A stretch of 64,000 nucleotides of DNA from Chloroflexota bacterium (GTDB taxonomy: Bacteria; Chloroflexota; Dehalococcoidia; Dehalococcoidales; RBG-16-60-22): contig JAHJTL010000075.1 in NCBI GenBank assembly GCA_018829775.1, positions 416 to 64,415 of the forward strand. Reading direction: 5' to 3'. How positions within the stretch are numbered: position 1 is the first letter of the stretch; every line of letters starts with the position of its first letter. Position numbers and translations under genes: made by a program. Below the pieces are notes generated by a model. The model was not told the origin of the DNA. It made no database searches and was given only the letters and a program-made list of their open reading frames with translations. Below are positions 19,220 to 27,579 of this stretch, in pieces.

Positions 19220-19978
19220 TTAGAAGGTGAACAGATTGGCGCCGCCGCTTACTTCAATGGTCTCTCCGGTAATGAAGCTCGATTCTTCCGAAGCCAGGAA
19301 AGCGAGGACGTTGCTCACCTCCTGCGGGTCACCCATCCGGCGCATCGCCATGCGCTTGATGATGCGCTCCTGAAACTCCGGAGTAACCTCATGAAAGCCA
19401 CCGGCGTCGAAGACGCCCAGTACCAGCGCGTTGCAGGTAACACCCTTTCTGGCGCCCTCCAGTGCCGCCGTCCTCATAAGGCCGATGAGACCCGCCTTGG
19501 TGGCGGCATAGCTGCACTGTCCCATACCCCCCTGGGTGCCGGAGATAGAAGAAATATTGATAATGCGACCCCAGCCGCGCTCCACCATGCCCGGCATGCA
19601 GCATTTGATGGTGTTGAAAGCGCCGGTCAGGTTGACCGACAGGTCGCGGTCCCAGTCTTTCTTCTCGGTATTGATAATGGTAGCCGCGCGCACGATACCG
19701 GAAGCAGCGTTGTTGACCAGGATTTCGACAGGACCGAGTGCTTCTTCTATCTGCTTTACCCCCCGCTGCACATCATCCAGTTCCGACACGTCCATCTTGA
19801 TGGCAGTGGCGTTTCTGCCCAGATTTTGAATTTGTTCGGCTACAGCCTCGGCCTTACCCATGTGAGTGTACCCGGCAACGGCCACGTGGCAGCCGACTTT
19901 GGCCAGGGTCAAACAGTGCACGCTGCCCAGTCCACCAGAGCCGCCGGTAACCAGAGCCACTTTTCCGTCAATGGTCAT
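19220..19978 (-). CDS. Short-chain dehydrogenase/reductase, 3-oxoacyl-ACP / acetoacetyl-CoA reductase-like
   Basis: VALVTGGSGGLG, NNAA and YAATKAG motifs. Start at MTIDGK (ATG 19978) after AAGGAG. Confidence 0.88.
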   Translation of the reverse strand: MTIDGKVALVTGGSGGLGSVHCLTLAKVGCHVAVAGYTHMGKAEAVAEQIQNLGRNATAIKMDVSELDDVQRGVKQIEEALGPVEILVNNAASGIVRAATIINTEKKDWDRDLSVNLTGAFNTIKCCMPGMVERGWGRIINISSISGTQGGMGQCSYAATKAGLIGLMRTAALEGARKGVTCNALVLGVFDAGGFHEVTPEFQERIIKRMAMRRMGDPQEVSNVLAFLASEESSFITGETIEVSGGANLFTF

Positions 19979-20018
19979 ATGTCTTTTTCTCCTTGTCTCG
20001 ACACGCTCGTCGGAAGTT

Positions 20019-20870
20019 CTACTTGTAATCGTAAAAACCCTTGCCTGTTTTACGCCCGAGCCACCCTGCGGTAACCATCTTCTCCAGCAGGACTGGGGGA
20101 GCAAACTGAGGGTCCTTGAATTTATCGTACATGGCGCTGGCGATATAGTAAAACGTGTCCAGGCCTACCAGGTCTGCCACGGCCAGCGGGCCTATGGGGT
20201 GATTTAAACCAAGCATCATGCCATTGTCGATGTCTTCTTTGCTGGCCACCCCTGCTTCCAGCATCCGGATGGCGTTCATTACCTGGGGAACCATCAGGCG
20301 GTTGACGATAAAGCCGGGTGAGTCCGGAGCGGTGATAACGGTCTTCCCCAGCGACCGCCCGAAATTCCGGATGATTTCCAGAGTCTCCTCACTGGTGGCA
20401 ACTGTCCTGCCTACCTCCAGCAGTTTCATTAAAGGCGGTGGATTGAAAAAGTGCATTCCAAGCACTTTGTCCGGCCTGCTGGTGGTCATGGCCATTTCAA
20501 TGATGGAAAGGCACGATGTGTTGGTGGCCAGGATGGCGTGTTTGGGGCAGACCGAGTCCAGTTCGGCGAATATCTTCTTTTTCAATTCCAGGTTTTCAAT
20601 CGCTGCCTCGATGACGAGGTCGCAGCTGCTTAAGTCCTTCATACTGGTGGTGCCTTTGATACGGGAGACGGTAGCCTCTTTATCCTGCGGTGTGATTCTC
20701 TCCTTCTCCACCGCTTTGGCCAGTGACGAATTGATTGCGGCCAGCCCCTTGTTTAACAGCTCCTCATTTATCTCAGAGACAGTCACCTGGTAGCCGGACT
20801 GGGCGCTTACCTGTGCAATACCACCACCCATCTGCCCGCAGCCGACGACACCAACTTGCTTGATTTCCAT
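20019..20870 (-). CDS. hbd: 3-hydroxybutyryl-CoA dehydrogenase
   Basis: VGVVGCGQMGGGIAQ Rossmann motif, HFFNP, C-terminal 3HCDH domain. Confidence 0.92.
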   Translation of the reverse strand: MEIKQVGVVGCGQMGGGIAQVSAQSGYQVTVSEINEELLNKGLAAINSSLAKAVEKERITPQDKEATVSRIKGTTSMKDLSSCDLVIEAAIENLELKKKIFAELDSVCPKHAILATNTSCLSIIEMAMTTSRPDKVLGMHFFNPPPLMKLLEVGRTVATSEETLEIIRNFGRSLGKTVITAPDSPGFIVNRLMVPQVMNAIRMLEAGVASKEDIDNGMMLGLNHPIGPLAVADLVGLDTFYYIASAMYDKFKDPQFAPPVLLEKMVTAGWLGRKTGKGFYDYK

Positions 20871-20890
20871 AGCGCTCCGTCCCTCCAGTT

Positions 20891-21664
20891 TTATTTGGCT
20901 TTGAAGTCAGGCTTTCTCTTTTCCACGAAGGCGGTCGTCCCTTCGGTGAAATCTTCCGTGCTCATCACGCAGGCTTCCAGCGCGTTTTCCAGTCGCAGGC
21001 CGTCTTCAAGCGTGAGGCTGCTGCCTCTGATCATCGCCTCCTTGGCCGCCCGGACCGCCAGAGGTCCGGCTTGGCAGATTGTCTCCGCCCATTCCCGTGC
21101 CGTGGGCATCACCGTCTCCGGCGGAACAACCGTGTTGACCAGACCGATGCGGTATGCTTCCTGAGCGTCAATCTGTTTGCCCATAAGCAGAAGTTCGGCG
21201 GCCTTACATGGAGGAATCATTCTGGGAAGTCGTTGAGTAGCTCCCCAGCCCGGTATGAGCCCCAGGTTCACTTCGGGCGAGCCAAAACGTGCTTTTTCCG
21301 ATGCGATGCGTAAATCGCAGGCCAGTGCAATTTCCAGGCCGCCACCCAGTGCCATGCCATTAATGGCAGCGATAAGCGGCTTCCAGAGGTCAAGCCCGCG
21401 CATGGGTGTATCCGGCAGCGCCCCTAGGCGCTGTTGTAGGCTTTCCTTCATGAAGGGCAGCATATCTTTGATATCGGCGCCGGCGCAGAACGCGCGGTCC
21501 CCGGCACCGGTGATTATGCCCACCCACAGTCCATCGTCATCCCGGAAATCGACCATTGCCTCGTGCAGTTCTCTGAACGCCTGCACATTGATCGAGTTCA
21601 AAGCATCGGGGCGGTTGATGGTGAAGATAGCAATTTTGCCTTCTTTCTGATAGTCGATAGCCAC
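20891..21664 (-). CDS. crt: Enoyl-CoA hydratase (crotonase family)
   Basis: ITGAGDRAFCAGADI and GGGLEIALACD oxyanion-hole motifs. Confidence 0.9.
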   Translation of the reverse strand: MAIDYQKEGKIAIFTINRPDALNSINVQAFRELHEAMVDFRDDDGLWVGIITGAGDRAFCAGADIKDMLPFMKESLQQRLGALPDTPMRGLDLWKPLIAAINGMALGGGLEIALACDLRIASEKARFGSPEVNLGLIPGWGATQRLPRMIPPCKAAELLLMGKQIDAQEAYRIGLVNTVVPPETVMPTAREWAETICQAGPLAVRAAKEAMIRGSSLTLEDGLRLENALEACVMSTEDFTEGTTAFVEKRKPDFKAK

Positions 21665-21861
21665 CTCAAACCTCCTTGCCTTTATTTGCGGGTAACTTTT
21701 GATGCGCAGGTTTATGGTGAGCTGATTGCTGAATCAAAACATTACCTCCCTTCAGGCGAGTGCTTCTCAATATGGAGGCTGTTTTACCTCAAGGGGTTTT
21801 TACTTCGTGCCGATTTTAACAGAAGCGGGATGTAGCGTCAAGACTGCATCCATCAACAGTT

Positions 21862-21891
21862 GTTGCAGTTATTCCTGAGGTTATGCTATAA
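21862..21891 (+). promoter_or_regulatory. Candidate sigma70-type promoter for the riboswitch-tupABC transcript
   Basis: TTGCAG, then 18 nt, then TATAAT, immediately upstream of the riboswitch-like element. Confidence 0.4.
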
Positions 21892-21914
21892 TCACCGCCA
21901 GAAAAGAATATAGG

Positions 21915-22018
21915 TTTTCTTTCTCCGAGCCTGTTCTCCTAAGGGCGTTAGCCTAGGGAGACCGGCCGATAGGGTATCACTGGAAACGGCGGTGCCTCCC
22001 GTATTTGGAAAGGAGAGA
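21915..22018 (+). ncRNA. Moco/Tuco (molybdenum/tungsten cofactor) riboswitch candidate
   Basis: CUCCGAGCC ... GGAAAC ... GCCUCCC ... GGAAAGGAG blocks occur in the order recalled for the Moco RNA motif (Rfam RF01055). Located in the 5' leader of a tungstate transporter operon. Confidence 0.65.
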
Positions 22019-22135
22019 TTATTTTGTTTCTGGAATTATTTTATAGCTTCATCACTCACCCTAAGTTCCCAATTTATCTTTTACTTTCCAGCCTTTTTAT
22101 CTTATCCGTGCGCCGCCTTAACCTAAGAAACATGC

Positions 22136-23065
22136 GTGGCAGAATCATTCAGGAGGTGCACAGTTTTGCAGTTAAATTATAAAACGCAGTTTAAAGTAAT
22201 AAGTATTACTGTTATGCTGTTGATAGTCGCCATCTCAGCAATGGGAGGCGTTGGCTGCGCCAGGTCCAGCGAGGCGGCGCCGCTGCCACCCAAGCAAAGG
22301 ATAAGGGTGGCGACCACTACCAGTCTCTATGATACCGGCCTCTGGGGATACCTGGAGCCGATGTTCGAGGCGCAGCACGGCGTGGAACTGGACGTCATGT
22401 ACGCCGGCACCGGCAAGGCGCTGGAGTACGGCCGGAGAGGTGATGTGGACATAGTAGCCGTCCATTCCAGAGCACGTGAAGAGGAATTCATCGCCGAAGG
22501 TTACGGGGTGGAGAGGGTGCCCTTTGCCTATAATTATTTCCTCGTTGTAGGGCCGTCCGACGACCCGGCCGGCATCAAGGGTATGAATCCTGAGGAAGCC
22601 TTCAAGAAGCTTATGGAGACCGGGAGCGGCAACTTTGTATCACGGGGGGATGATTCCGGCACCCATGCCAAGGAAAAGAGCATCTGGGAAAAAACCGGGT
22701 ATGAATATGAGGCGGTTCAGCAGGCGGGTGCCTGGTACATCGAGGCGGGGACCGGGATGGGGCCAACGTTGATGATGGCCAGCGAGAAGCAGGCCTATAC
22801 CCTGACCGATATCGGTACCTATCTGGCCTACAAGGGGAAACTGGACCTTGTGCCCATCGTGGACAAAGGTGACATCCTGCTCAATGTCTATTCCGCGATA
22901 GCCGTCAATCCGGAGAAGGTAAAGGGCGTGAAAATCGACATGGCCAATAACCTGGTCGGTTTTCTTACTTCCCCTGAAATACAGGAGCTAATCGGCGAGT
23001 ACGGCGTTGAGGAGTACGGCATGCAGCTCTTTATTCCCTGCGCCGGCGCCGAACCCACAAATTAA
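22136..23065 (+). CDS. tupA: Tungstate ABC transporter substrate-binding protein
   Basis: RVATTTSLYDTGLW..AGTGKALEYGRRGDVD..VH..NYFLVVGP..DPAGI matches the TupA (PBP_like_2) pattern. A likelier start is TTG 22166, 9 nt after AGGAGG, giving a lipoprotein-like signal ..GGVGC. Confidence 0.85.
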   Translation: MAESFRRCTVLQLNYKTQFKVISITVMLLIVAISAMGGVGCARSSEAAPLPPKQRIRVATTTSLYDTGLWGYLEPMFEAQHGVELDVMYAGTGKALEYGRRGDVDIVAVHSRAREEEFIAEGYGVERVPFAYNYFLVVGPSDDPAGIKGMNPEEAFKKLMETGSGNFVSRGDDSGTHAKEKSIWEKTGYEYEAVQQAGAWYIEAGTGMGPTLMMASEKQAYTLTDIGTYLAYKGKLDLVPIVDKGDILLNVYSAIAVNPEKVKGVKIDMANNLVGFLTSPEIQELIGEYGVEEYGMQLFIPCAGAEPTN

Positions 23066-23086
23066 AAATTGCTGTGGAGGGATAAA

Positions 23087-23218
23087 ATGCCACTCATCGC
23101 TACGGTAGTAAAATGCAAAAAGTGCGGTTACGAAATCAGGTCGGACTGGAAATTCTGCCCCAGTTGCGGCGATAAAATCATCTGCACAGGCAAATATAAA
23201 GCCTGTGCCCAGAAGTAA
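23087..23218 (+). CDS. Small zinc-ribbon protein (43 aa), not in the ORF track
   Basis: GGAGGGATAAA-ATG. Product MPLIATVVKCKKCGYEIRSDWKFCPSCGDKIICTGKYKACAQK has two CxxC pairs. It fills the tupA-tupB gap. Confidence 0.5.
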   Translation: MPLIATVVKCKKCGYEIRSDWKFCPSCGDKIICTGKYKACAQK

Positions 23219-23229
23219 AATTTGGTCTG

Positions 23230-23916
23230 ATGGTTGAACTGTGGCATGGCCTGATAAAGGCCGTAGAACTGATCGTCACGCTTGATCCGGAGGTGATGGA
23301 GATAGCCGGGAGGTCGCTGGGAATCTCGGTGACCTCTGCTCTGCTCGCATCGGCCATCTGCGTGCCTCTGGCGAGCCTCATTCATTTCCACCAGTTCCGT
23401 GGTAAAAGGTTCCTGATAAGCCTGACTCAGACGTTCTTCAGCGTACCCACGGTGGCGGTGGGACTCTTTGTCTTCGTTATGTTTTCCCGGGCGGGGCCGC
23501 TGGGTGGACTTGGCCTGATGTTCACACCAACGGTCATGGTGCTGGGGCAGATGCTCCTCATCACGCCGATATTGCTCGGCCTGACCGTTTCCGCGCTCAG
23601 CGGTGTGGACCGGAGCATAATCGATACGGCACGGTCGCTGGGCGCCAGCGGTTTTCAGACGGCGATTGCGGTAACGAGAGAGGCCAGGTTCGCCGTTATG
23701 GCGGCTATCATCATGGGCTTCGGCCGGGCTATCTCCGAGGTGGGCATAGCCCTCATGGTGGGGGGCAATATCCGTGGTTTCACGCGGGTAATCACCACGG
23801 CTATCTCCCTGGAAACATCCAAAGGTGACCTGGAACTGTCGATTGCGCTGGGCATTATCCTGATTTCGATTGCCCTTATCATCAACGTCATCCTGAATCG
23901 AGTGCAGCAGAGATAA
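23230..23916 (+). CDS. tupB: Tungstate ABC transporter permease
   Basis: Polytopic permease with an EAA-like loop (DTARSLGASGFQ). Lies between tupA and tupC. Confidence 0.85.
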   Translation: MVELWHGLIKAVELIVTLDPEVMEIAGRSLGISVTSALLASAICVPLASLIHFHQFRGKRFLISLTQTFFSVPTVAVGLFVFVMFSRAGPLGGLGLMFTPTVMVLGQMLLITPILLGLTVSALSGVDRSIIDTARSLGASGFQTAIAVTREARFAVMAAIIMGFGRAISEVGIALMVGGNIRGFTRVITTAISLETSKGDLELSIALGIILISIALIINVILNRVQQR

Positions 23917-23918
23917 CC

Positions 23919-24998
23919 ATGGCTTTGATTGAGATAATAAATCTAAGTCAGCGATACGGCGAGCAGGATATCTTGAAGAATATCAATCTCAGTATCGAAC
24001 AGGGGGAGGTTTTTGCCCTGATTGGACCTACCGGCGCCGGTAAAACGACGCTTTTACGCCTGATAGACCTGATAGATGAACCAACGTCCGGTAAAATAAA
24101 CTTCGACGGTGTTAATACCGCTGCACCGGCCGCGGTGCGACTCGGCATGCGCCGACGGATGGCGTTTGTCCTCCAGAAGCCGGTGGTCTTCAACCTGAGT
24201 GTTTACGATAACATCGCCTATGCACTGAGGTGGCGGGGAGTCAAGGGAAGCAAGCTCAAAGAAAAGGTAAATCGGATTATTGATGTCGTTGGCCTTTCTG
24301 ATTACCGTAACCGGAATGCTCGTAATCTTTCCGGTGGAGAGGTGCAGCGCGTGGCCATCGCCAGAGCGATTGCCATTGAACCGGAGGTTCTGTTGATGGA
24401 TGAGCCAACGGCCAATCTCGACCCGCTTTCCGCAGCTCGAATCGAGGAACTTATCAGCAGCATTATCCGGCGGTTTGCCACCACCATCATCATGGCGACG
24501 CACGACCTGTCTCAGGGGCAGCGCCTTGCCGACCGGATAGGAGTGCTGATGAATGGGGAGCTCCTGCAAATTGGAAGCTCAAAGGACGTTTTCACCTCGC
24601 CGCGCAATAAGGAGGTGGCCGAGTTTGTCGGTGTGGAAAACATCATCGATGGCGTAATCGCGTCCAGCGAAGACAGGGTTGTCACCATCGAAAGCGGGGG
24701 AAAGTCCATCGAAGCGATTTCCGACCATTCGATTGGCGAAGGCGTGTGTGCCTGTATCCGGCCGGAGGATATCACGCTGGCTCTTTCCAGAATTTCCAGC
24801 AGTGCCCGGAACTCATTTGAAGGGGAGATTACTTGGCTGGTGAATATGGGGCCGCTGACCCGTGTTGAGCTCCAATGCGGATTTCCTCTGGTGGCAATGG
24901 TGACCAAAAGGTCGGCCGAGGAGATGGGCTTAACCAAGGGGAAAAAGGTTTACGCTGCCTTCAAAGCCACCGGTGTCCACGTTATCAGGAGAAATTGA
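23919..24998 (+). CDS. tupC: Tungstate ABC transporter ATP-binding protein with C-terminal TOBE-like domain
   Basis: Walker A GPTGAGKTT, signature LSGGEVQR, Walker B LLMDEP; about 120-aa C-terminal extension. Confidence 0.88.
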   Translation: MALIEIINLSQRYGEQDILKNINLSIEQGEVFALIGPTGAGKTTLLRLIDLIDEPTSGKINFDGVNTAAPAAVRLGMRRRMAFVLQKPVVFNLSVYDNIAYALRWRGVKGSKLKEKVNRIIDVVGLSDYRNRNARNLSGGEVQRVAIARAIAIEPEVLLMDEPTANLDPLSAARIEELISSIIRRFATTIIMATHDLSQGQRLADRIGVLMNGELLQIGSSKDVFTSPRNKEVAEFVGVENIIDGVIASSEDRVVTIESGGKSIEAISDHSIGEGVCACIRPEDITLALSRISSSARNSFEGEITWLVNMGPLTRVELQCGFPLVAMVTKRSAEEMGLTKGKKVYAAFKATGVHVIRRN

Positions 24999-25034
24999 CA
25001 TTTAAATTATATTGATGCTATATTCTACTCTGTT

Positions 25035-25106
25035 GGCAGCGTAGCTCAGAGGAAGAGCAGGGGACTCATAAGCCCTTGGTCGGCGGTTCGAATCCACCCG
25101 CTGCCA
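25035..25106 (+). tRNA. tRNA with CAU anticodon (Met, or Ile2 if lysidinylated)
   Basis: 7-bp acceptor stem GGCAGCG/CGCUGCC, D stem GCUC/GAGC, anticodon loop CUCAUAA, T loop UUCGAAU. One A-G mismatch at the base of the anticodon stem and one C-A mismatch in the T stem. Confidence 0.8.
25085..25106 (+). repeat. Direct repeat copy 1 (3' end of the tRNA)
   Basis: GGTTCGAATCCACCCGCTGCCA, identical to 25744..25765. Confidence 0.95.
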
Positions 25107-25743
25107 GTTAGTTTATTCTATTCAAATTCGTTCTTGGATAATGCCGTAAGTATTGTTGTGATTTCAGCTCATTATAATGCATGTGATGCCAGTAACATAT
25201 ACCCGTATCTCTGTTGATTCTCCACTCTCATGTTTCGCGATTGCATTTCACAGGCCGCAGGATTATTATTCATTATAAGACGATATTCCGGATAGGAGGG
25301 GAAAATATGATTGAGCGTGTTCATGAACATATCATTACCGAACTACAGCAAAATGCTCGTACCGACACCATCTTTATACTCGCCGCGATTCTCCTGAACC
25401 TTTTGGCTCTGGGCGTAAACTCAGCCGTGGCGCAAGGTTCAGACAAAGATGCTACTGCCTGGATTGTGTTCTTTACCTTTTTCTGCCTTGTCATCGCGGT
25501 CAATTTTGTTGTAGAGGTAGGACTATTAAAAGGAAAACAAACCAGAATCAAATTGATAAACGGACTGCTGAAGATGTACAAAGACCAGGGGGTCGAAGGA
25601 TACTATGATGAGTCTCTGTTAAGTAATTACGCACTGAGATACAACCTCTTTCTTTTCGTGGTGGTATTCACGGGACTGATAGCACTCATCGTACCGCTGG
25701 TACTGATTATAGGAATTTAGACGAAACAAATAAACATGACACT
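25107..25743. mobile_element. Putative remnant of a tRNA-integrated element (no integrase present)
   Basis: 637-bp AT-rich segment bounded by an exact 22-nt duplication of the tRNA 3' end (attL/attR-like). It carries one membrane-protein gene. Confidence 0.4.
25307..25720 (+). CDS. Hypothetical membrane protein (137 aa, about 3 TM segments)
   Basis: AGGAGGGGAAAAT-ATG start. Hydrophobic segments ILAAILLNLLALGV, WIVFFTFFCLVIAVNFVV and LFLFVVVFTGLIALIVPLVLII. Confidence 0.6.
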   Translation: MIERVHEHIITELQQNARTDTIFILAAILLNLLALGVNSAVAQGSDKDATAWIVFFTFFCLVIAVNFVVEVGLLKGKQTRIKLINGLLKMYKDQGVEGYYDESLLSNYALRYNLFLFVVVFTGLIALIVPLVLIIGI

Positions 25744-25765
25744 GGTTCGAATCCACCCGCTGCCA
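25744..25765 (+). repeat. Direct repeat copy 2 (orphan duplicate of the tRNA 3' end)
   Basis: GGTTCGAATCCACCCGCTGCCA with no upstream tRNA body. Confidence 0.95.
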
Positions 25766-25785
25766 TGTCTATTTAACCTCAGTTC

Positions 25786-26115
25786 CTATTTGTGTGCGGG
25801 ATGAACCGGTTCTTTTCTCGCTCCATCAATGAAGTGGAATAATGCCAGAATAGGATGTCTATAAGTCATACGGGGGCCTGAATGCCTCATTACGACTCTA
25901 ACCTTTTCTCTCATAGCCGGCTTATAACAGTGTACGGGACACTTAACGCATGTCGTTTTACCCTCTTGGAACGGGCACTTATTAAGACGCTCCAGTGCAT
26001 AGTCTAAAAGCTCTCCACATTCGGAGCACAGCTTGCTACCCCGGTGATGACTACGACAGTACATATCAATCATCACCTTGATGGTTTTGCCTTCTCTGGA
26101 CATTCTACGTTGCAT
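25786..26115 (-). CDS. Nitrous-oxide-stimulated-promoter family protein (YgbA_NO, Cys-rich)
   Basis: MYCRSHH..LCSECGELLDYALERLNKCPF..KTTCVKCPVHCYKPAMREKVRVVMRHSGPRM matches the recalled PF11756 pattern. Confidence 0.75.
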   Translation of the reverse strand: MQRRMSREGKTIKVMIDMYCRSHHRGSKLCSECGELLDYALERLNKCPFQEGKTTCVKCPVHCYKPAMREKVRVVMRHSGPRMTYRHPILALFHFIDGARKEPVHPAHK

Positions 26116-26147
26116 ATCAGTCGTGCTGGTGATTAAGGTGAGGGATA

Positions 26148-26414
26148 TTACTTCCGCAATCTGGTTAGTTCAAAGACTACCGGATTCTCGGCATCCGGGC
26201 AAGCGATTGTGGCAACGTCAGGGTTATTTTCCCAGGGGAAAGACCCGCCAAACTTCAATACTCGAATATTAGAAAAGAGAGAATCAAAGGCAGAAAGACA
26301 GATACCCTCAGGGGTCTTGTCGCCGATAACCCACTCATCGCCTACTTTATGGCCACTGCCACAGAGACCTTGTTGAGATATTACCTTTACCAAGACATCG
26401 TAACCTTCGGTCAT
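26148..26414 (-). CDS. TIGR04076-family protein
   Basis: 88 aa; C..GHKVGDEW...PEGIC..AF....GGSFPW...CPD..NPVVFEL pattern recalled for TIGR04076. Confidence 0.65.
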   Translation of the reverse strand: MTEGYDVLVKVISQQGLCGSGHKVGDEWVIGDKTPEGICLSAFDSLFSNIRVLKFGGSFPWENNPDVATIACPDAENPVVFELTRLRK

Positions 26415-26694
26415 CCAGGCCTCCTTTTGCTCTTGATGCTGCCAGTTGTGTTAACTAACTGCATAACCACTGGCTAGCCTATTAAATTCATTACCCAGTG
26501 TTTGATAAGGTTAATGCAGAAATCAGCATAATCGATGCTTTTCTGATAAATGGAGTAAACCTGAAAGCCCCCGTCTGTGAATATTGTAGTAAGTATTATG
26601 GCGATTGCAGCCCAGGCAAATGCCTGGGACATCGTTATCCTTGATTTAAGAGAAAGAAATTTCATGGTTCTGAACCATTATATCAGTATTACTA

Positions 26695-27561
26695 CTACTC
26701 CTCATCAGGCAGCCTTTCCGGAACTGGGAGTTCCTGAACCGGCAGTTTCAACTCCTTCTTCATATCAGCAGCATTGCGCGGCGCATAGCCACGCCAGTGA
26801 TTGTTGAAGAAGGCAAAGGTGAGCCTGGCCTGCTCAAAGGCAGGCCTCATTTTATCTGCCAGCTCCTTTATCTCTTCCGGAGAATACAGGTATTTATAAC
26901 GCGTCTCGCTATCACCGGTCCACCAGGCTTCCTTGTTGCGACCATGAAAGCGGAAATAGGCCATGTCAGCCGTCGGTGGAATATCGGCGGCGATGGAGGA
27001 CGGGAACTTCGGCTCGTCAATCTGCACCCAGGCGACATTATGTTCCCTGAGCAGTTCAGCGGTGTGCGCATCATCGCTCCAGCTTCGGTGTCGTAGCTCA
27101 ACGGCAAGCCGGTACTGCCCGAACGTCCGTATCACGGCCGAGAGCATCTGCTGGCCGTAACGGCCATTCTTGAAGCTCGGTGGGAACTGGGCCAGCAGCG
27201 CCCCGAGTTTCCCCGCTTTATAGAGCGGCTCCAGACTGTGGTTGAACAGGTCGACGTCACTCTGCGATATCACCGCTGCCTCGCCGGTGGCTGCCTCGTA
27301 CATTTTGGGATGGGTGAATTTCTGCCATAATTTCACCGCGAAGAGGAAATCCCGCGGCGTACGGCGTACCCAGTTATAAACGTAGCCCGGATTCGGCGGG
27401 CGGTAGAAAGAGCTGTTTATCTCCACTGTGTTGAAGAACTGGCTGTAATATTCAAGTTCATTGGTGGTGCCGGCAGGGTAGAAGTAGCCAGCCCAGGTGC
27501 CGGCGCCTCTGGGATAAGACCAGCCCGACGTGCCGATATAGATAGCGCCTTTTTCAGCCAT
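26695..27561 (-). CDS. DUF72 (YecE/UPF0759) family protein
   Basis: IYIGTSGWSYP..W.G.FYP, FNTVEINSSFY and VELRHRSW motifs. Confidence 0.85.
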   Translation of the reverse strand: MAEKGAIYIGTSGWSYPRGAGTWAGYFYPAGTTNELEYYSQFFNTVEINSSFYRPPNPGYVYNWVRRTPRDFLFAVKLWQKFTHPKMYEAATGEAAVISQSDVDLFNHSLEPLYKAGKLGALLAQFPPSFKNGRYGQQMLSAVIRTFGQYRLAVELRHRSWSDDAHTAELLREHNVAWVQIDEPKFPSSIAADIPPTADMAYFRFHGRNKEAWWTGDSETRYKYLYSPEEIKELADKMRPAFEQARLTFAFFNNHWRGYAPRNAADMKKELKLPVQELPVPERLPDEE

Positions 27562-27579
27562 ACTGGTAAAAACCTCTTT

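Noticed and set aside
18968-20074. 368-aa plus-strand ORF spanning corA, the intergenic region and the SDR gene
   Set aside because: It runs antisense through two motif-supported genes and an intergenic gap, so it is not credible as coding.
25035-25106. Possibility that the tRNA is tRNA-Sec (a UCA triplet lies within the anticodon loop), given the Sec-containing selD
   Set aside because: A canonical 7-nt loop with U33 and A37 puts CAU, not UCA, at positions 34-36. The 7/5 acceptor/T architecture, the short variable arm and the 72-nt length are all unlike bacterial tRNA-Sec.
26474-26665. 63-aa minus-strand ORF between the TIGR04076 and DUF72 genes
   Set aside because: There is no SD and no motif; one hydrophobic stretch is the only feature. 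There is insufficient support to call it a gene.
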